From Mizuhopecten yessoensis (Eukaryota), in contig NW_018404550.1 of assembly GCF_002113885.1 (NCBI RefSeq), positions 1,686-65,685 on the forward strand: a stretch of 64,000 bases of DNA, in the 5' to 3' direction. The stretch's first letter is position 1. The number at the start of each line of letters is the position of its first letter. The position numbers were made by a program, and so were the translations under genes. The notes beneath the pieces were generated by a model. The model was not told where the DNA came from and searched no databases. It was given only the letters and a program-made list of their open reading frames with translations. Below are positions 48,699 to 61,257 of this stretch, piece by piece.

Positions 48699-49347
48699 CT
48701 CAACGGCCGCATACACTACAAACAGTGGTTCTCCGGTGACTAATCAAATACACAAAAAAACGTTCATGTCGACAGTTTGTTGTGAATCATATGCATAATA
48801 TGTAATAGATACAAAATTGTCTGTAAGATTAAATAATGACCATGTTTGGAGACATAAACATTTGATTTAAATTGAAAAATATTGATTTGACAAAGACTGT
48901 ATGAAGGATGTCTTAATTTCATTGCCTTTATTGTCACCCTGTATTTAGATGTAAGTGCGTCATGAATACATGCCACCTTATATTGGGACCGAGTACACGA
49001 GGTGAAGCTACCTTTTATATTCAAAGTTTATTTTTTACAAAGGAAGGAAACTGTTCTTGTGTGTGGGAAGTACTATTAAGGAGTATTATTATTATTATTC
49101 TTGTTCAGATTAAGTTTCAGTACGAATCATCGCTGTACAAAAATCCAGTTATTGAGATGACTTGATTAACAAACTTGTTTTTTTATTACACTTAACGTTT
49201 AATTCGGAGCACTTAAGGTGATACTTTTTGTATGAAGCATCGAAATTGACTTGGAAGTACGACAAAATCATTTCTACATGAACAAAGTAATGCTATTGTC
49301 GATCAGTATAGTTGAAATGTTTTCAATTTATCTCAAATCATGTCGAA

Positions 49348-49378
<31 letters not shown>

Positions 49379-50319
49379 TGGTGTGTGCATTGTGATTGTA
49401 TTTAAATTACCGTGAAAGTTTTTTAGGCGGTTACAGGAATATGGCTTCCTCAAACTGTGTTTGAATATATTTCTTCCAAATATCTTTTGGGGATATAGAA
49501 TTAAGTGAAAATTAATTTATAATTTTCGTTTTCGATTATCATATAATTCTATCTTGTATTTAAGGTGTGAATATTGAATCTACTTATTTTTTTAAATTAT
49601 GGTGCACACAAAAATTTCATCTATGAGAAATTCATAGAAAAATCCAACTTTTATGCATGGTTTAAGGCGAGCTGAGTAGGTGTCTTTTTCAGAAATTTAG
49701 ATAAGAGAATGTTTGGTATACTGTAAAGTTAATGTACTAAGGCGAGGATGTACCAAATAGTACTGGTCATATGACATATGCACACATCAAACCTCAAGTA
49801 CAATTTATAGACAGTCCTTGAAATAATCAAATATACAAAATCAAATATCAAAATCAAATATACAAATATACAAAATCAAATGTAAAAAGATAGTTCTATG
49901 ATATTGAAGTTTTCTTATGAGAGTAAATCTACTCCTTATTGCTAAATATTGAACCATATATTTTCAAACTCTAACGTAATAATCATAGTTTTCCTATAGC
50001 GATTGGAAGATGGAAAAGTGTATTGGGAATGAGTATGTCCTCTGTGTGATAACTGTGGTGAGGATGAATACCACCACTAATATCAATATTATAATGGATT
50101 TACTTATTTCCTAGAAAGTGTTTTGTCAATCAGAACTATTCAGACATACTGTTTATTGTATTGTTACCTGTGCAAGCATTGTTATATTTGACCTTGTGTT
50201 ATACACGTATATGTGTGGAGTAAATATAAACTATACTCTCGAACAATCTTATGTCTTTCATTCAAGAACTTAGTATCGCAGAAACCGTGTTTAATTTGTT
50301 ACAATAAAACAATCTTTAG

Positions 50320-50890
50320 AGAACAAACCTTCATTCAACTATCCTTAATGTTTTAAGACATCCCTCCACTCCAGATAATCATTCTTGATATTTTGAGAAC
50401 ACCCGTTAAGTCATCTATTCTTGATATGTTGTGAACATGAACAACCCTTCAGTCAACCATCCTTGATACTTTGAGAACAATCCCTTAAGTCAACCATCCT
50501 TGATACTTTGAGAACAACCCTTCAGTCAATCATTCTTGATACTTTGAGAACACCCCTTGAGTCAACCATCCATGGATTTTTTGAGAACACTCCTTTAGTA
50601 ACCCATTTTCATATTTTGCGAACACCCTTTCGATCAAACATTATTGATGTACATGTATTGAGTGCATCTTTTAGTCAACCATGTTTTGAGAATTTGAGAA
50701 TGCCTCGTTACCAACCATCTTCGACATACATCCGTTCACCCGGTCATCTATCTGTGATATTTTGAGGCACCATTTTAGTTAGTTATTCTTGATATTTGAG
50801 AACGCCCCTTCAGTCAACCATCCCTGATGTGTTGAAAGCATCCTTTTAGCATCCTTGAAATTCGAGATCACCCCTTTACGAAACATCTTA
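50320..50890. repeat. Degenerate 36-37-bp tandem repeat
   Basis: CCCTTCAGTCAACCATCCTTGATACTTTGAGAACA-like units. Confidence 0.8.
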
Positions 50891-51699
50891 CATATTAAGA
50901 TCACCCTTGGTCGTTGAAGATTGTGTCAGCACTATGATTTCCAAACCCGGATGTTCAAATTCTTGTTTTAACCAAGATAATTTACCAGTTATAACAAAAG
51001 TCATTTCCTCAAACGTTGTACAACAGCACTGTAATATCGACACTTTGTAATGTATATACATCATATCATCTAACAAAACAATTAGGGTAACATCAGCAGG
51101 AAAGGCAGAAAGAAACTGCAGGGATACGACACCTATTTCCGGCATAATTTCTTATTGTATACGGACAATATAAGTCAATGGTGTAGCTGGCCCTCTTTCG
51201 GAGTGGATTCATCTAGGAGCGGGTCCAGGGCAGGACCTTGATAGGACAAGGGGGTACAACAAGCAGTGTTAATTTGTTTTATTGTTTGATTATACGATGG
51301 ATTCACCTGCGTATCAGCGCATAGGCAGACACGCGCCTGTAAGTAAGTATTAGGTATGAGTTCCTCACATGCTGGCTTCGCGTAGCTATCAAATCTGTTC
51401 AGTTCTACTTAGAGCTTACTCCTAACAATCCTTCTCTGTCCAGCTCCGCATAGGTAACATTATCATGATTCTTCTTCTAAATTTGTTGTACAAGAAAGTC
51501 AAAGCTCGCACCTATACAGCAAACAGAACGTACAGCCTTCTTCATTACATTAGCAGGTTACAGGGCTCAATCAATACTTTTCAACAAATTCGAGGTTATC
51601 CTGCATTGTGTACAAGCATTATCCAACCATACTTGAGTGGAGATAATAGATTGGCTTAAGTCTGTGTTATGTACGTTGAGTAAGTAATATTAAGAAAAA

Positions 51700-51880
51700 A
51701 ATGAGTTTAGAGTCCTTTTAACATATACGGCCATTTAAGGACGTGCCTCCACTTGTTTTATGTATTCTTGGGTGCTGGGATTGAAATACCATGCCGAAGG
51801 CACATTCACCTTACTCAGCCCTGTCACATTCTACTGACAATGAGTTAACCAGACGTCTAATTTGCTCAACTATCACTTAA
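51700..51880 (-). mobile_element. Possible mollusc-type SINE fragment
   Basis: Segments CATTTAAGGACGTGCC, TGAAATACCATGCCGAAG and GTCACATTCTACTGACAA resemble a common bivalve SINE body (recall only, not searched). Confidence 0.4.
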
Positions 51881-52513
51881 TATCAAAAATGCATGTTCCT
51901 TGTGTCCTTTAGAACACATTTTTGATGAAGGATATAGACTGATTATTTTTTTATATGAATTAAGGGACAATTGTCTCGACGCAAAATAAATGTTTCACAA
52001 GTTATGAAGGAGGACTCGCACACATGTAATCAATACAGTTATCGTTCTAGAGAGGTTTAATTTACACAGATAACATAATATATTTCAAGACATCATAATT
52101 TGTTGTTTCACAAAAACATTTATTTTGTATGTACTTTCTGTCCTCAAAATGCTTTTGTAATAAATATTTGATGATTTTTTTTTATTAAATAAGAGAATGT
52201 TAGGCCCATTAGCTTAAAGCTGACTGTGCAAGCTAAAAAGGTTTCAATTGAGATTATTTTTTTCAATTTTTTTTTCTTTCTGGTTTTGAGATCTTTCCCA
52301 TATCTTCCGACTATTGATTCTAAGGAAATGCCGACATTTTGGTTTGTCCTTGCTTGGTAACGAATATGGGTATCGCTGGGTACCAGGTTAGGTTATGTTT
52401 ATGTTATAGAAGACCTTACATAGTCCTAAATATGCTCATCGTTGTCAACTGCGATACATGTTTGTATGAATAAAATGATTAATTCCATGGCATTTATTTA
52501 ATTGAGGGATAGG

Positions 52514-53413
52514 GTTGGACTTCTGTTCGCCGGTTTTGTTGTTGACCAAATGTGATCGTCGGAAAACAATCGGAAAGAAAACGAATCTATCCCTTCTACA
52601 GCCGATGGTATCAACACACATAAAGATCATACACGGGAGGAAACTACAAAGCTACACAGCGCCACATTAGCGAGTACTCGTACGCTTTCCACAGCTCAAT
52701 ACGAATCTTTACCTTTTATACAAATACCAGCTTCATCTAAATCCGTTCGGCCGACATACGCTCAAAAATCAATGAAGGATTTCATTTCCGCTCTCCGTTT
52801 ATCTGGACCACCGATATATATATAGATCAGTGGACTTTGCGAAACCAATATTAGCCAAATACAAACGCGGTAGGTGCTATCTCTATTATTTCTTCCCGAG
52901 CAACCTCTTCGCAGGTTTGAAGACGTGTGTTCGCGCTGAAATGGTGAGAAAAATAGAGGAGATCTACCTGAACCAAGTATGGTATCTGAACGCATTTCTT
53001 GTTCAGGAGGCTCAGAAAAAAAGAGGTAAATGTGACGGACGTGTCTTTTGGAAATGTGATGAAAATGAAGAAGAAAGCAGAGAAAGAAAAAGATTATTTT
53101 TGCGTGGGCGCACTTCTTGACATATTTGAAGGGTGTGTTCGACCCAAGTCTGCAAGTATAGAGGGTTCAGCTGCAAAACAAAGTTTCCCTTATTCAGCGT
53201 AGAGGATCGTAGAATCGATTTTAGCAGATGAGCGGTCAAGGATGGACAAGGAACACGGTACCAGCGAAGCGGAACAGCATATATCACTCAAAGAAAGCAT
53301 GAGGTCAAGTCTTACCGATGTTTTCTTAAACAAAGAGACGAAGAGCGAGCAGAACGCGTGCTGAAGAAAAACTGATCGAAAACATAGTCTGGTTTTTGCC
53401 TTCAGACGATTGA
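52514..53413 (+). pseudogene. Truncated, internally deleted pseudogene copy of cGLR-like paralog 3
   Basis: Aligns to 30450-31699 but lacks the N-terminal NTase motifs. ~335-bp deletion (gene 3 ~30832-31166), frameshifts, and a premature TAG at ~53200. Confidence 0.92.
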
Positions 53414-55655
53414 AATTGAACAGGTAAATCTAGGTTCTGGAACATTGATGCGAATATTATTTGTATACGAGAATCTGTCTTTTTCATGGTTTTGGATTAA
53501 GCGAGATATAAGTGTGGTTTAGAAGGGTAGTTTGATATAAGTCAATATAAGAAAGCTTTATGAAAAAGATAATTAGCGTTATCATAAGTCAGCGCTGTAT
53601 TTTAAACGCTTATTTAAAATCTACTTTTGCATTGCCATTTATTATTTATTTTGTGTTGTTTTACAAGTATTGTAAACGTGCTCAATATTTTACGTATTTT
53701 AGTCCCATTCTCGGATTATTATGACTGTGTTAAAACAATATATTTGTTGTCATACTTCTAAGGTAATTGTGGCGTTCTCATTGATAACCCTGCCAAGGTA
53801 CATCAGTCTATGTTCTCAGAGCGGGGAAGGTATGTCACAGGTACCACACCTGACACACCAAAATGGCCGTCAAAACACCTGCCTACATTTAGGCTATTAG
53901 AAATTGTAACTTTAAGCGTTTTGTCCTCACTTCGTAAGTTCCCTCCTCAGTTTAAATGCTATTGACTAAAAATCACAAAATACCGTTTCGATTTCTCAAA
54001 CATTCGCAAAAACTGTTCACTTCATACAGATCACAGAACACGCTCTCGCCAGATATTGGGGAAGTGTATGAATCCCCTGGAATTTCAATGTTGGTATCTC
54101 GTTGGTGATTGAGAACCATTGGACGTTGTAAAGGTATAAATTATCGATGGGCACCATAATTGCTGCTCTATGGCGTTAGAAACGCTATAAATTGAAAGAA
54201 AAAAGTCCTCTAATTTGTATCAAATTAGCCTATGAGTATGATATACCTTTATGACAAACACGTTAATGTTAAACTATGTCATTTGACAGACAGATATTTT
54301 GAAATACAAATTAGCGAGACATTGTACAAAGATAGGCAAACATGTTAATTGTTTTTACAATCTTTTTAGCGAAAGTGTGCTATGTATCCTTTTATGAAGT
54401 TAATAGTTGTCCCGGATAATTCAGAAATTTACATGTTAATGTTATTTAAAGCAAGAAGGGGAAGTTTTGCTACTGAACGAAGCGCGGGCTTTCAGACATT
54501 TAAGATTGTCATATCCTGGAAAAACGCATCATTTTGTGTATAAGGGGAGGTGATTCCCATAAACAAAGTGTATACAGGTCATGTTCCATGTGTGGATCTC
54601 GTGAACCCGGAGACAACTTGTTATAATCCTGTTCAAAGTTATCATACTATTATTGTACAAATTGCAGATCAATATTTATATTTTCAATCTATTTCGACCA
54701 TAAAGTGAAAATTAAAATTCAAATCTCTGCTTCATTGATTTACAGGATGCCCAGGACCCCGTGTGCCTTTTATGCAACATATTTCGGTATTAAACGTCAT
54801 TTTCACCGATGGTAAATAGCAATTACAATGTGTGATGTCATTTTCTTGTGGATTACATTTTTACTCATTATTTGTCATAATATTATAATTTTTGATTTCT
54901 ACATGTTTTGATTTCTATACATGTTTCTACATATTTTGATTTCTACATGTTTTGTGACTCAATAAGCATACACATGGCTCCTTTGGGATCTATCTTTTTG
55001 TAATGATGATTCACTGGATATGCTCCCTGTCGGTAAAGTCTTTTCCCATAATCCCTTATCTTTTTATTAAATATCAAAGTTTTGAACTTGTGGAGTGGTG
55101 ACTGCCACACAATTGTTAAACGGTATTGCACATTAGTTTTCGATATAACTTTGACAACAACTTAGTATGGGACATTCCTGAGGGAGGATAATCAAATTTT
55201 GTAATATGTATGAAACATTAATGTAGTCGCGACCGGAATACGTCGGATTTGGCACAGACATCCGGAAGGAAAGTGTATTACGTAGCTGCTAATTAGCACT
55301 GAGTAAGACGCTCGAGAAATAAATGAAATAAAACGTTTGAAGTTAAATCATCAACTCGTATTATTTTTTTTATACTTTTCTTATACCGTATGTGTCGTCC
55401 CATGTTTAAGGGGGAATATTGGTCGTGCTCGGAGAAAACTGCAGAAACTTGATACATCCCGAAATTTCAAAATTCAAATTTGTTTAATTAACCAAAACGA
55501 AACGCACAGTTATTTCCGAAAAGCAAAAATAACAAACCACAAGAATTGTATAATAGTATAAAATAATTATTATCCAAATCTCATGATCGATCACACAAGG
55601 AAGATTCAGGTCAACACCAGCTTTGCCTACCCATCACATGATTGACTATGTAATT
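53414..55655 (+). repeat. Segmental duplication of the gene 3 downstream flank
   Basis: Colinear blocks: 53414-53600 ~ 31700-31935; 53616-54560 ~ 33024-33950; 55238-55655 ~ 35711-36207. Confidence 0.88.
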
Positions 55656-56164
55656 GTAACAGTGTCATTATTGACAAGGTATTGCTCATAATATTTAGTT
55701 GTTTTGATCAATACTTAATAAGTGAAACTTGTATACGAGCACTTGTCATATTTATATATATATATATATGACAGTGATCTATTTTTAGTTTAGATGTACA
55801 CCTGTCTGACTGGGGTAAGGGGTTAATATATTTTTAAACCTCTTTGTAGTGGCCAGTTAGTGGTCAGTGCACGGCTGCGCAGTGAGTCGCGCTTGTGGTT
55901 AAATTTTATTCACACCTGTACAAGTTTTCAGCCTGTGTGGACGGAATTCTATACTTGCATTGTTTTTATCTTTTTGGCTACAGACCACAATAATTGTGAG
56001 TACATTGCATTTTATATGGTTTTCATATATGTATTAACCGTATACGACGGTAATGTACATTTGTAACACATAAAATAAAATTAATTGAATGTTTCAATTA
56101 ATTCAAATTTCCCCGCCATTTTGTTCCAAGTCTTTGAGAGAGGTAGGTCGTACTTTCATGTACC

Positions 56165-56935
56165 TAATTCTAGTACCCTGTACCCTGCACCCCGTACCCT
56201 GTACCCTGTACCCCGTACCCTGTACTCCGTAAACTGTATTTTCACAGCACTTGATACAGATATCTGACTTTAAAGTTAGTTTCACAATACATGTAGCTTT
56301 ACGATGTAAATAGTAAATACAGTTCAAATATATCTTTTTTTGTAGCTGTTGTACTTTTTTGTATCACTGCACAGTGGATAACATCGTTTCTGGTGTTTAA
56401 AAAAAAGAATCGGTGAACTCAAAAATCGAATTTATTTAAACTTTGATTGATAATACCCGAAATGAAATTGTATTTCCTTATGCAAGCAAACCAAACTGTT
56501 TTGCTACAATACACAACAAAGTCTTTCGAAGCTGAACGATTTAATGAATTGTTTCAGTCTACGCTGTACCCTGTACCCTGTACCCCGTACCCCGTACCCT
56601 ATACCCTATACCCTGTACCCCGTACCCTGTACCCCCTATCCCGTACACTGTTCTTTCAATAGCATAATATATTCCATACGATATGTATCTTGATACACAT
56701 ATCTGATTTAAGAGTAAACAGTATATGTTTTCGGGATTTTATACAGATGTCATAGCTTTACGATGTAAATAGTAAATACTGTTCAAGTATATATCTTTGT
56801 TCGAACTGTTTTACGTATTTTGTATCACTGCAGAGTTGATAAAATCGTTTCGGACGTATTTAAACAGAATGATGAAGAATTTATTGAAGAATTGATGGAT
56901 ACTATATTTGTAAGTGTGATCCTATGCAGACAAAC
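56165..56935. repeat. Two diverged ~400-480-bp tandem units, each starting with a (TACCCYG)n array
   Basis: Heptamer arrays at ~56175-56225 and ~56560-56648, each followed by homologous TAGCTTTACGATGTAAATAGTAAATAC sequence. Confidence 0.75.
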
Positions 56936-56939
56936 AAAC

Positions 56940-57125
56940 TACAGTCAAACCTGCTTGAGCGGTCACCTGAAATAAGCAGCCACCTCCCTTATTTGGTCAG
57001 CCTGTGGTCCGCCCGATAGAACAAAATATATACAATGAACCTGAAATAAGCAGCCACCTGTCTAATGCGGCCAGCGGTCACAAAAATATGGCCCGAGACG
57101 TTTTCTCCACATTATTCAGCGGTCA
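56940..57125. mobile_element. DNA transposon terminus (TA-CAGTCAAACCTG...) with subterminal repeats
   Basis: TA|CAGTCAAACCTG start. ACCTGAAATAAGCAGCCACCT occurs twice and CAGCGGTCA is repeated. No partner end was found. Confidence 0.5.
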
Positions 57126-57872
57126 TTTTGTCCAGAAATTGACATCAAGAAGATCACAATATATTAACAAGAACACATCTGAATAGACCAAAGCTAATTA
57201 CAATGTGTAATTAAAAAATAAAAACCATAGGTAAGGTTTGGCACGTTGAATTGACAAGTTGTTTACACAGCGATTTTCAGCTTGCAAATTGGGGCAGGTC
57301 CTACCAACGGTGTGTTCCCTGAACGCATATATATTGAGAACAATAGGTAGAAACATCAAAGGGAGGGTAACTATAGTTTGTATCATATATGTACTATGTT
57401 TACCTGATATATTTTACCTGTAGATCTACCTGTGATTATTACAGGTAAAAAGTTTGTATCATATATGTACTATATTTTACCTGTAGATCTACCTGTGACA
57501 GCCCAAACGGTTGATCTTCATCATCAATGTGAAAGAAAACTATCAAGTGCAATATTTTTATTTGATAAATCTATGCTTAATATCAATACATTATTTACAT
57601 AAAATACAAATAGAACAGTGAATATATAATGAAACTTAGTCAGTACATTACAAAGTTGTTAGTTGCATACAGGAGCTCAAATATTAATATTAAAATAAAT
57701 ATATTAAATATTAAATAAAAGAATAATGACAAATCATTTCTCATACATCTCAGTGTGAAACTTGTAATAATAAATATATAATAAATAAACAGCACTAATG
57801 ATAATCATCCGAGATTTTAGCACACAGTTATAAAATCACATCACTGTCCACTTGGTTCTATTAGACAGAGTT

Positions 57873-58600
57873 CTATGTATAAAGTAAATTCAACCTAAGT
57901 GAATAAGCTGGGATGCTGCGTCTACGTAGGTCATGTCTATTGATGTCGATGGTGTTGTTCTCCATCCTCTGTTTCAGTAGGGCAAGGCGAGTGTCGAGCA
58001 ATCTGTAGTTCCTGGGTCGGGGTCGTTTGGTTCCTCCTGCGCGTCGTTGAAGTCTAGTGATCTCGTTTTTAGCCTGCATGTCCTTGAATATCTGGATGAT
58101 GGTAAAGATGTTCGGATGGGCGTGGTGTACATTCTTCTTGAGCTTCCCGTGCAAGGCTTCCAAATTGTTAGTTGTGCGTGGTCCCTCAGTGTCGTAATGG
58201 TACCAAACCAGTCGGTCTCCATCTATCCACTGGTCAACAATGTAGTCTGTGTGTGCTGTAACGTCTGCTGGTAGGTCGGCGTCCTCGAAACCAAACGTCT
58301 TCAACTTGGTGCTGGGGTACAAGTGGCAAAACAGCTGCGCGGCGAACCAGTCATCTAGTGTCCTCATTGTCACAGTAGGGAAGGTGTAGTCCAGTCATCT
58401 GTGCCTTTCGCCAAACGCATTGAGTGAAGTGGAAGAAGCATCCTTTGGTGTTGGTCCCTGGGAAGACGGTGCGAATGGCTTTGCGGACAGCTGTTTCGAA
58501 GTCGACGAATACAGTGGTTGGCATCATGGGTAGGTTGTTGTCTGTTATAAATGTCTGCAGAAGTGTGAAGAATCTAGTCATTGACAGTTTTTCCCGTGCA
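57873..58600 (-). mobile_element. Mutator-like (MULE) transposase pseudogene fragment
   Basis: VDFETAVRKAI..VFP....GCFFHFTQCVWRK (D and CxxH) and RTTNNLEALH (catalytic E); frameshifted and deleted. Confidence 0.88.
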
Positions 58601-60310
58601 GTTTGCTCTCTATAGGCGTTGACCAGTTTGCACGTTTTTCTCGTCCAGACATCCAATTCGACAATGAAATTTTATTTTTTAACTTTTGGGTCACTCTGTT
58701 GAGACCAGTGAACAGTAAAAACATCATTATAACGTTTTAATTTGTGATTAATGCTATGCCGAGACTCAATAAAAATGACCGCCTCCGGATTATTGGTATG
58801 CTTCAAGCTGGTATGGGCCAAGCCGTTGTCTCTACGTTTTCATGTCCATCGAAACACAATCCGGGGAATTTGTGGAGACGACATCAACAGTTTGGCCACG
58901 TCGGCGATCGACCTCGTGCGGGACGTCCACGTGTGACATCACGTCAACAGGACAACCATATTCGGCTTGTCCATTTGATAAATCGCTTCCAAACGGCAAG
59001 TTTGACTGTACGGACAATCCCTGGGTTGCTACCAATATTTAATACGATCTAATACGATAAATAATGGACGCAGGCTGTAAGCCTCTGTGTCCATATCAGT
59101 TGATATTACAATATTTACAGTATGATATACTTCTGTTGTATATTTTTTGTGAGTGTCCCCTTGTCCTGCTGGTGGTATCCATTTGGAACATATTTGTCGT
59201 GACTCGTTCATCATAAATCTTCTTCACTATTTTGAATACGTTGATCAGGTCCCCTCTATTCCTTCGGTGTTCTAAGGTTGGCAGGTTTAGTCTCTGCAAG
59301 CGTTCATGGTACGATATTTTTTTAAAATAAGCCCGAGAACTGTACGGAACCGATTGCGTGAACGAGCTATCCGTCCGCGACGTCCTGCAATCCACCCAGT
59401 TTTTCTGCCACGTCATCGTGTAGCACGTCTGGACTGGTGCAGAAAACATCTGCGATTTACTCGACGGGATTGGGCAGGCATTTTGTTTACGGACGAGTCG
59501 CGAGTCCACCTGGTTAGTAGTGACGGCTGTTCCAGAGTGTATCGTCGCGTAGGAGAACGTTTCCGTGACTCGTGTGTGGTACAACGACATTCTTTCGGCG
59601 TTATGATTTAGGGCGACATCACAGCCAACGGGAGAACGCCTCTGGTGGTTGTTAACGGGAATTTGAACGCGCTTCGTTTCTGTGACGAGATCTTCCGGAC
59701 CCACGTCTTTCCATTCGTGCAAGGGCAGCAACGTCACATTACGCTACAGCAGGACAACGCCAGGCCACACACAGCTCGTGTTGCTATGAACTTTATGGCC
59801 CAGCAGAACGTTGACGGGTTGCCCTGGCCTGCTGTATCCTCCGATCTGTCGCCCATTGAACACGACTGGGATGAAATGAAGCGCAGATTACGGGCAGTAC
59901 CTAATCAACCGGTGACGTTGGCTGATTTGGCTGCAGCGTTGGTACAGATCTGGAATGCCATCCCACAAGCATTCTTGAACCGTCTGATAGCCTCCATGCG
60001 TCGACGTTGCCAGGCTTGCATTTAGGCAAACGGTGGACATACGAGGTATTAACTTTGTGAACTCAATATTGACCCCTGCTGTGTTTACGTCACTCCTGAG
60101 CGGAACTTATTGATTCCATAACGTGGAAAATGGATTTTAGGCATGCACAATTTCCGTTTTCCGCTATTATAGATAGCTTGGATACTCGCCTCAAAGTGTC
60201 ATGCCATCTGTAGCTTGGGCTCCATTAATACAGTTCACTATCTTTTTAACTGATCTCAGAGAAGTGAACAGTTTTTAAATGAATACATTTCATTTGCAAT
60301 ATAACGTTTG
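58600..60310 (+). mobile_element. Degenerate Tc1 (DD34E) transposon; ends approximate
   Basis: MPRL...IGMLQAG paired-like N-terminus, FTDESR, QQDNARPH-34 aa-IE, C-terminal GGHTRY*. Contains frameshifts and stops. Confidence 0.9.
59038..59325 (-). mobile_element. CR1-type LINE 3' fragment inserted in the Tc1 transposase
   Basis: YHERLQRLNLPTLEHRRNRGDLI.VFKI...TRGHS, a 3' hairpin AGGC-TTACA-GCCT and an ATCGTATTA tail repeat. Splits Tc1 PGLLPI|SPRTVRNRL. Confidence 0.85.
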
Positions 60311-61257
60311 AACCAGTAACTTTAACAAATTATTTTGATAGAAAATGATAAAATAAATGAAATTTAAATCGCAATAATTTATTGTTATCGGAATGAAAAA
60401 AAAAAATAAGAGCATTAAACGTATATAATAAATGTACGTCTTCATATACATTTTAATTTCATATAAAGAAAATCATAACATATCAATCTGGAATTTCTTT
60501 TACATGTACAGGTGAAAAACACAGGTAAAAACATAGGTAAAAAGCACAGGTTGATCAAACTAACTTTAACGAAATAGGCTATAATCACTATGAAAACATT
60601 TTTCCTGATATGTGTTTTTAAAATGTATGCTTTCAGGGATACAGCCAGGGATACAGCCCAACCGACCAATCAACAATGTTTTACTAAAAAAAAACAATTA
60701 ATCCCACCTTATGTACTCAATCAGCTTGTGATTTTCAAAACAAGTATAATCTTTTGTGGTACCTATACATACTGTATCCAACGCTACTCAGGCCTAATAT
60801 TTTATGTGATAAAAAAAACATGCAGCTATATTGCATGCGGAAATCAGATCTGCTTCCGGTCTGATATTACAGTCCTGTCCTTTGAAAATTACAAGGGAGA
60901 GACGCCCGACTTCAAAGCCTGTCAATTTTTACCGTTACGTGACCGCGAGATTCTTTTGATGTACATCAAAGGATCGAACTACTATTCTTGTCTCATCAAC
61001 AAGGTAGCGCACACTGAGCCTTCAATTTTTCTATGACATATTCCATGGGTGCAAAGAGCAAAATTGAGCGTAACCCCTGGATATCGAGGATGTTAGCTCG
61101 AATGCAAGCATACACAAATGATTGCGTACCCTCTGAAACTTTTAAGTAAAACAACTGAAGTTCCCCATCACAGAGATCACTCCGCTCGCTCAGAAAAAAA
61201 ACCCAGAAGATAATCCTTAAGTCTGGTGGCGGGAAAAACAATTGCTTCTCAGCAGGA

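Noticed and set aside
59096-59737. 213-aa minus-strand ORF
   Set aside because: Chimera of antisense Tc1 sequence and the CR1 fragment.
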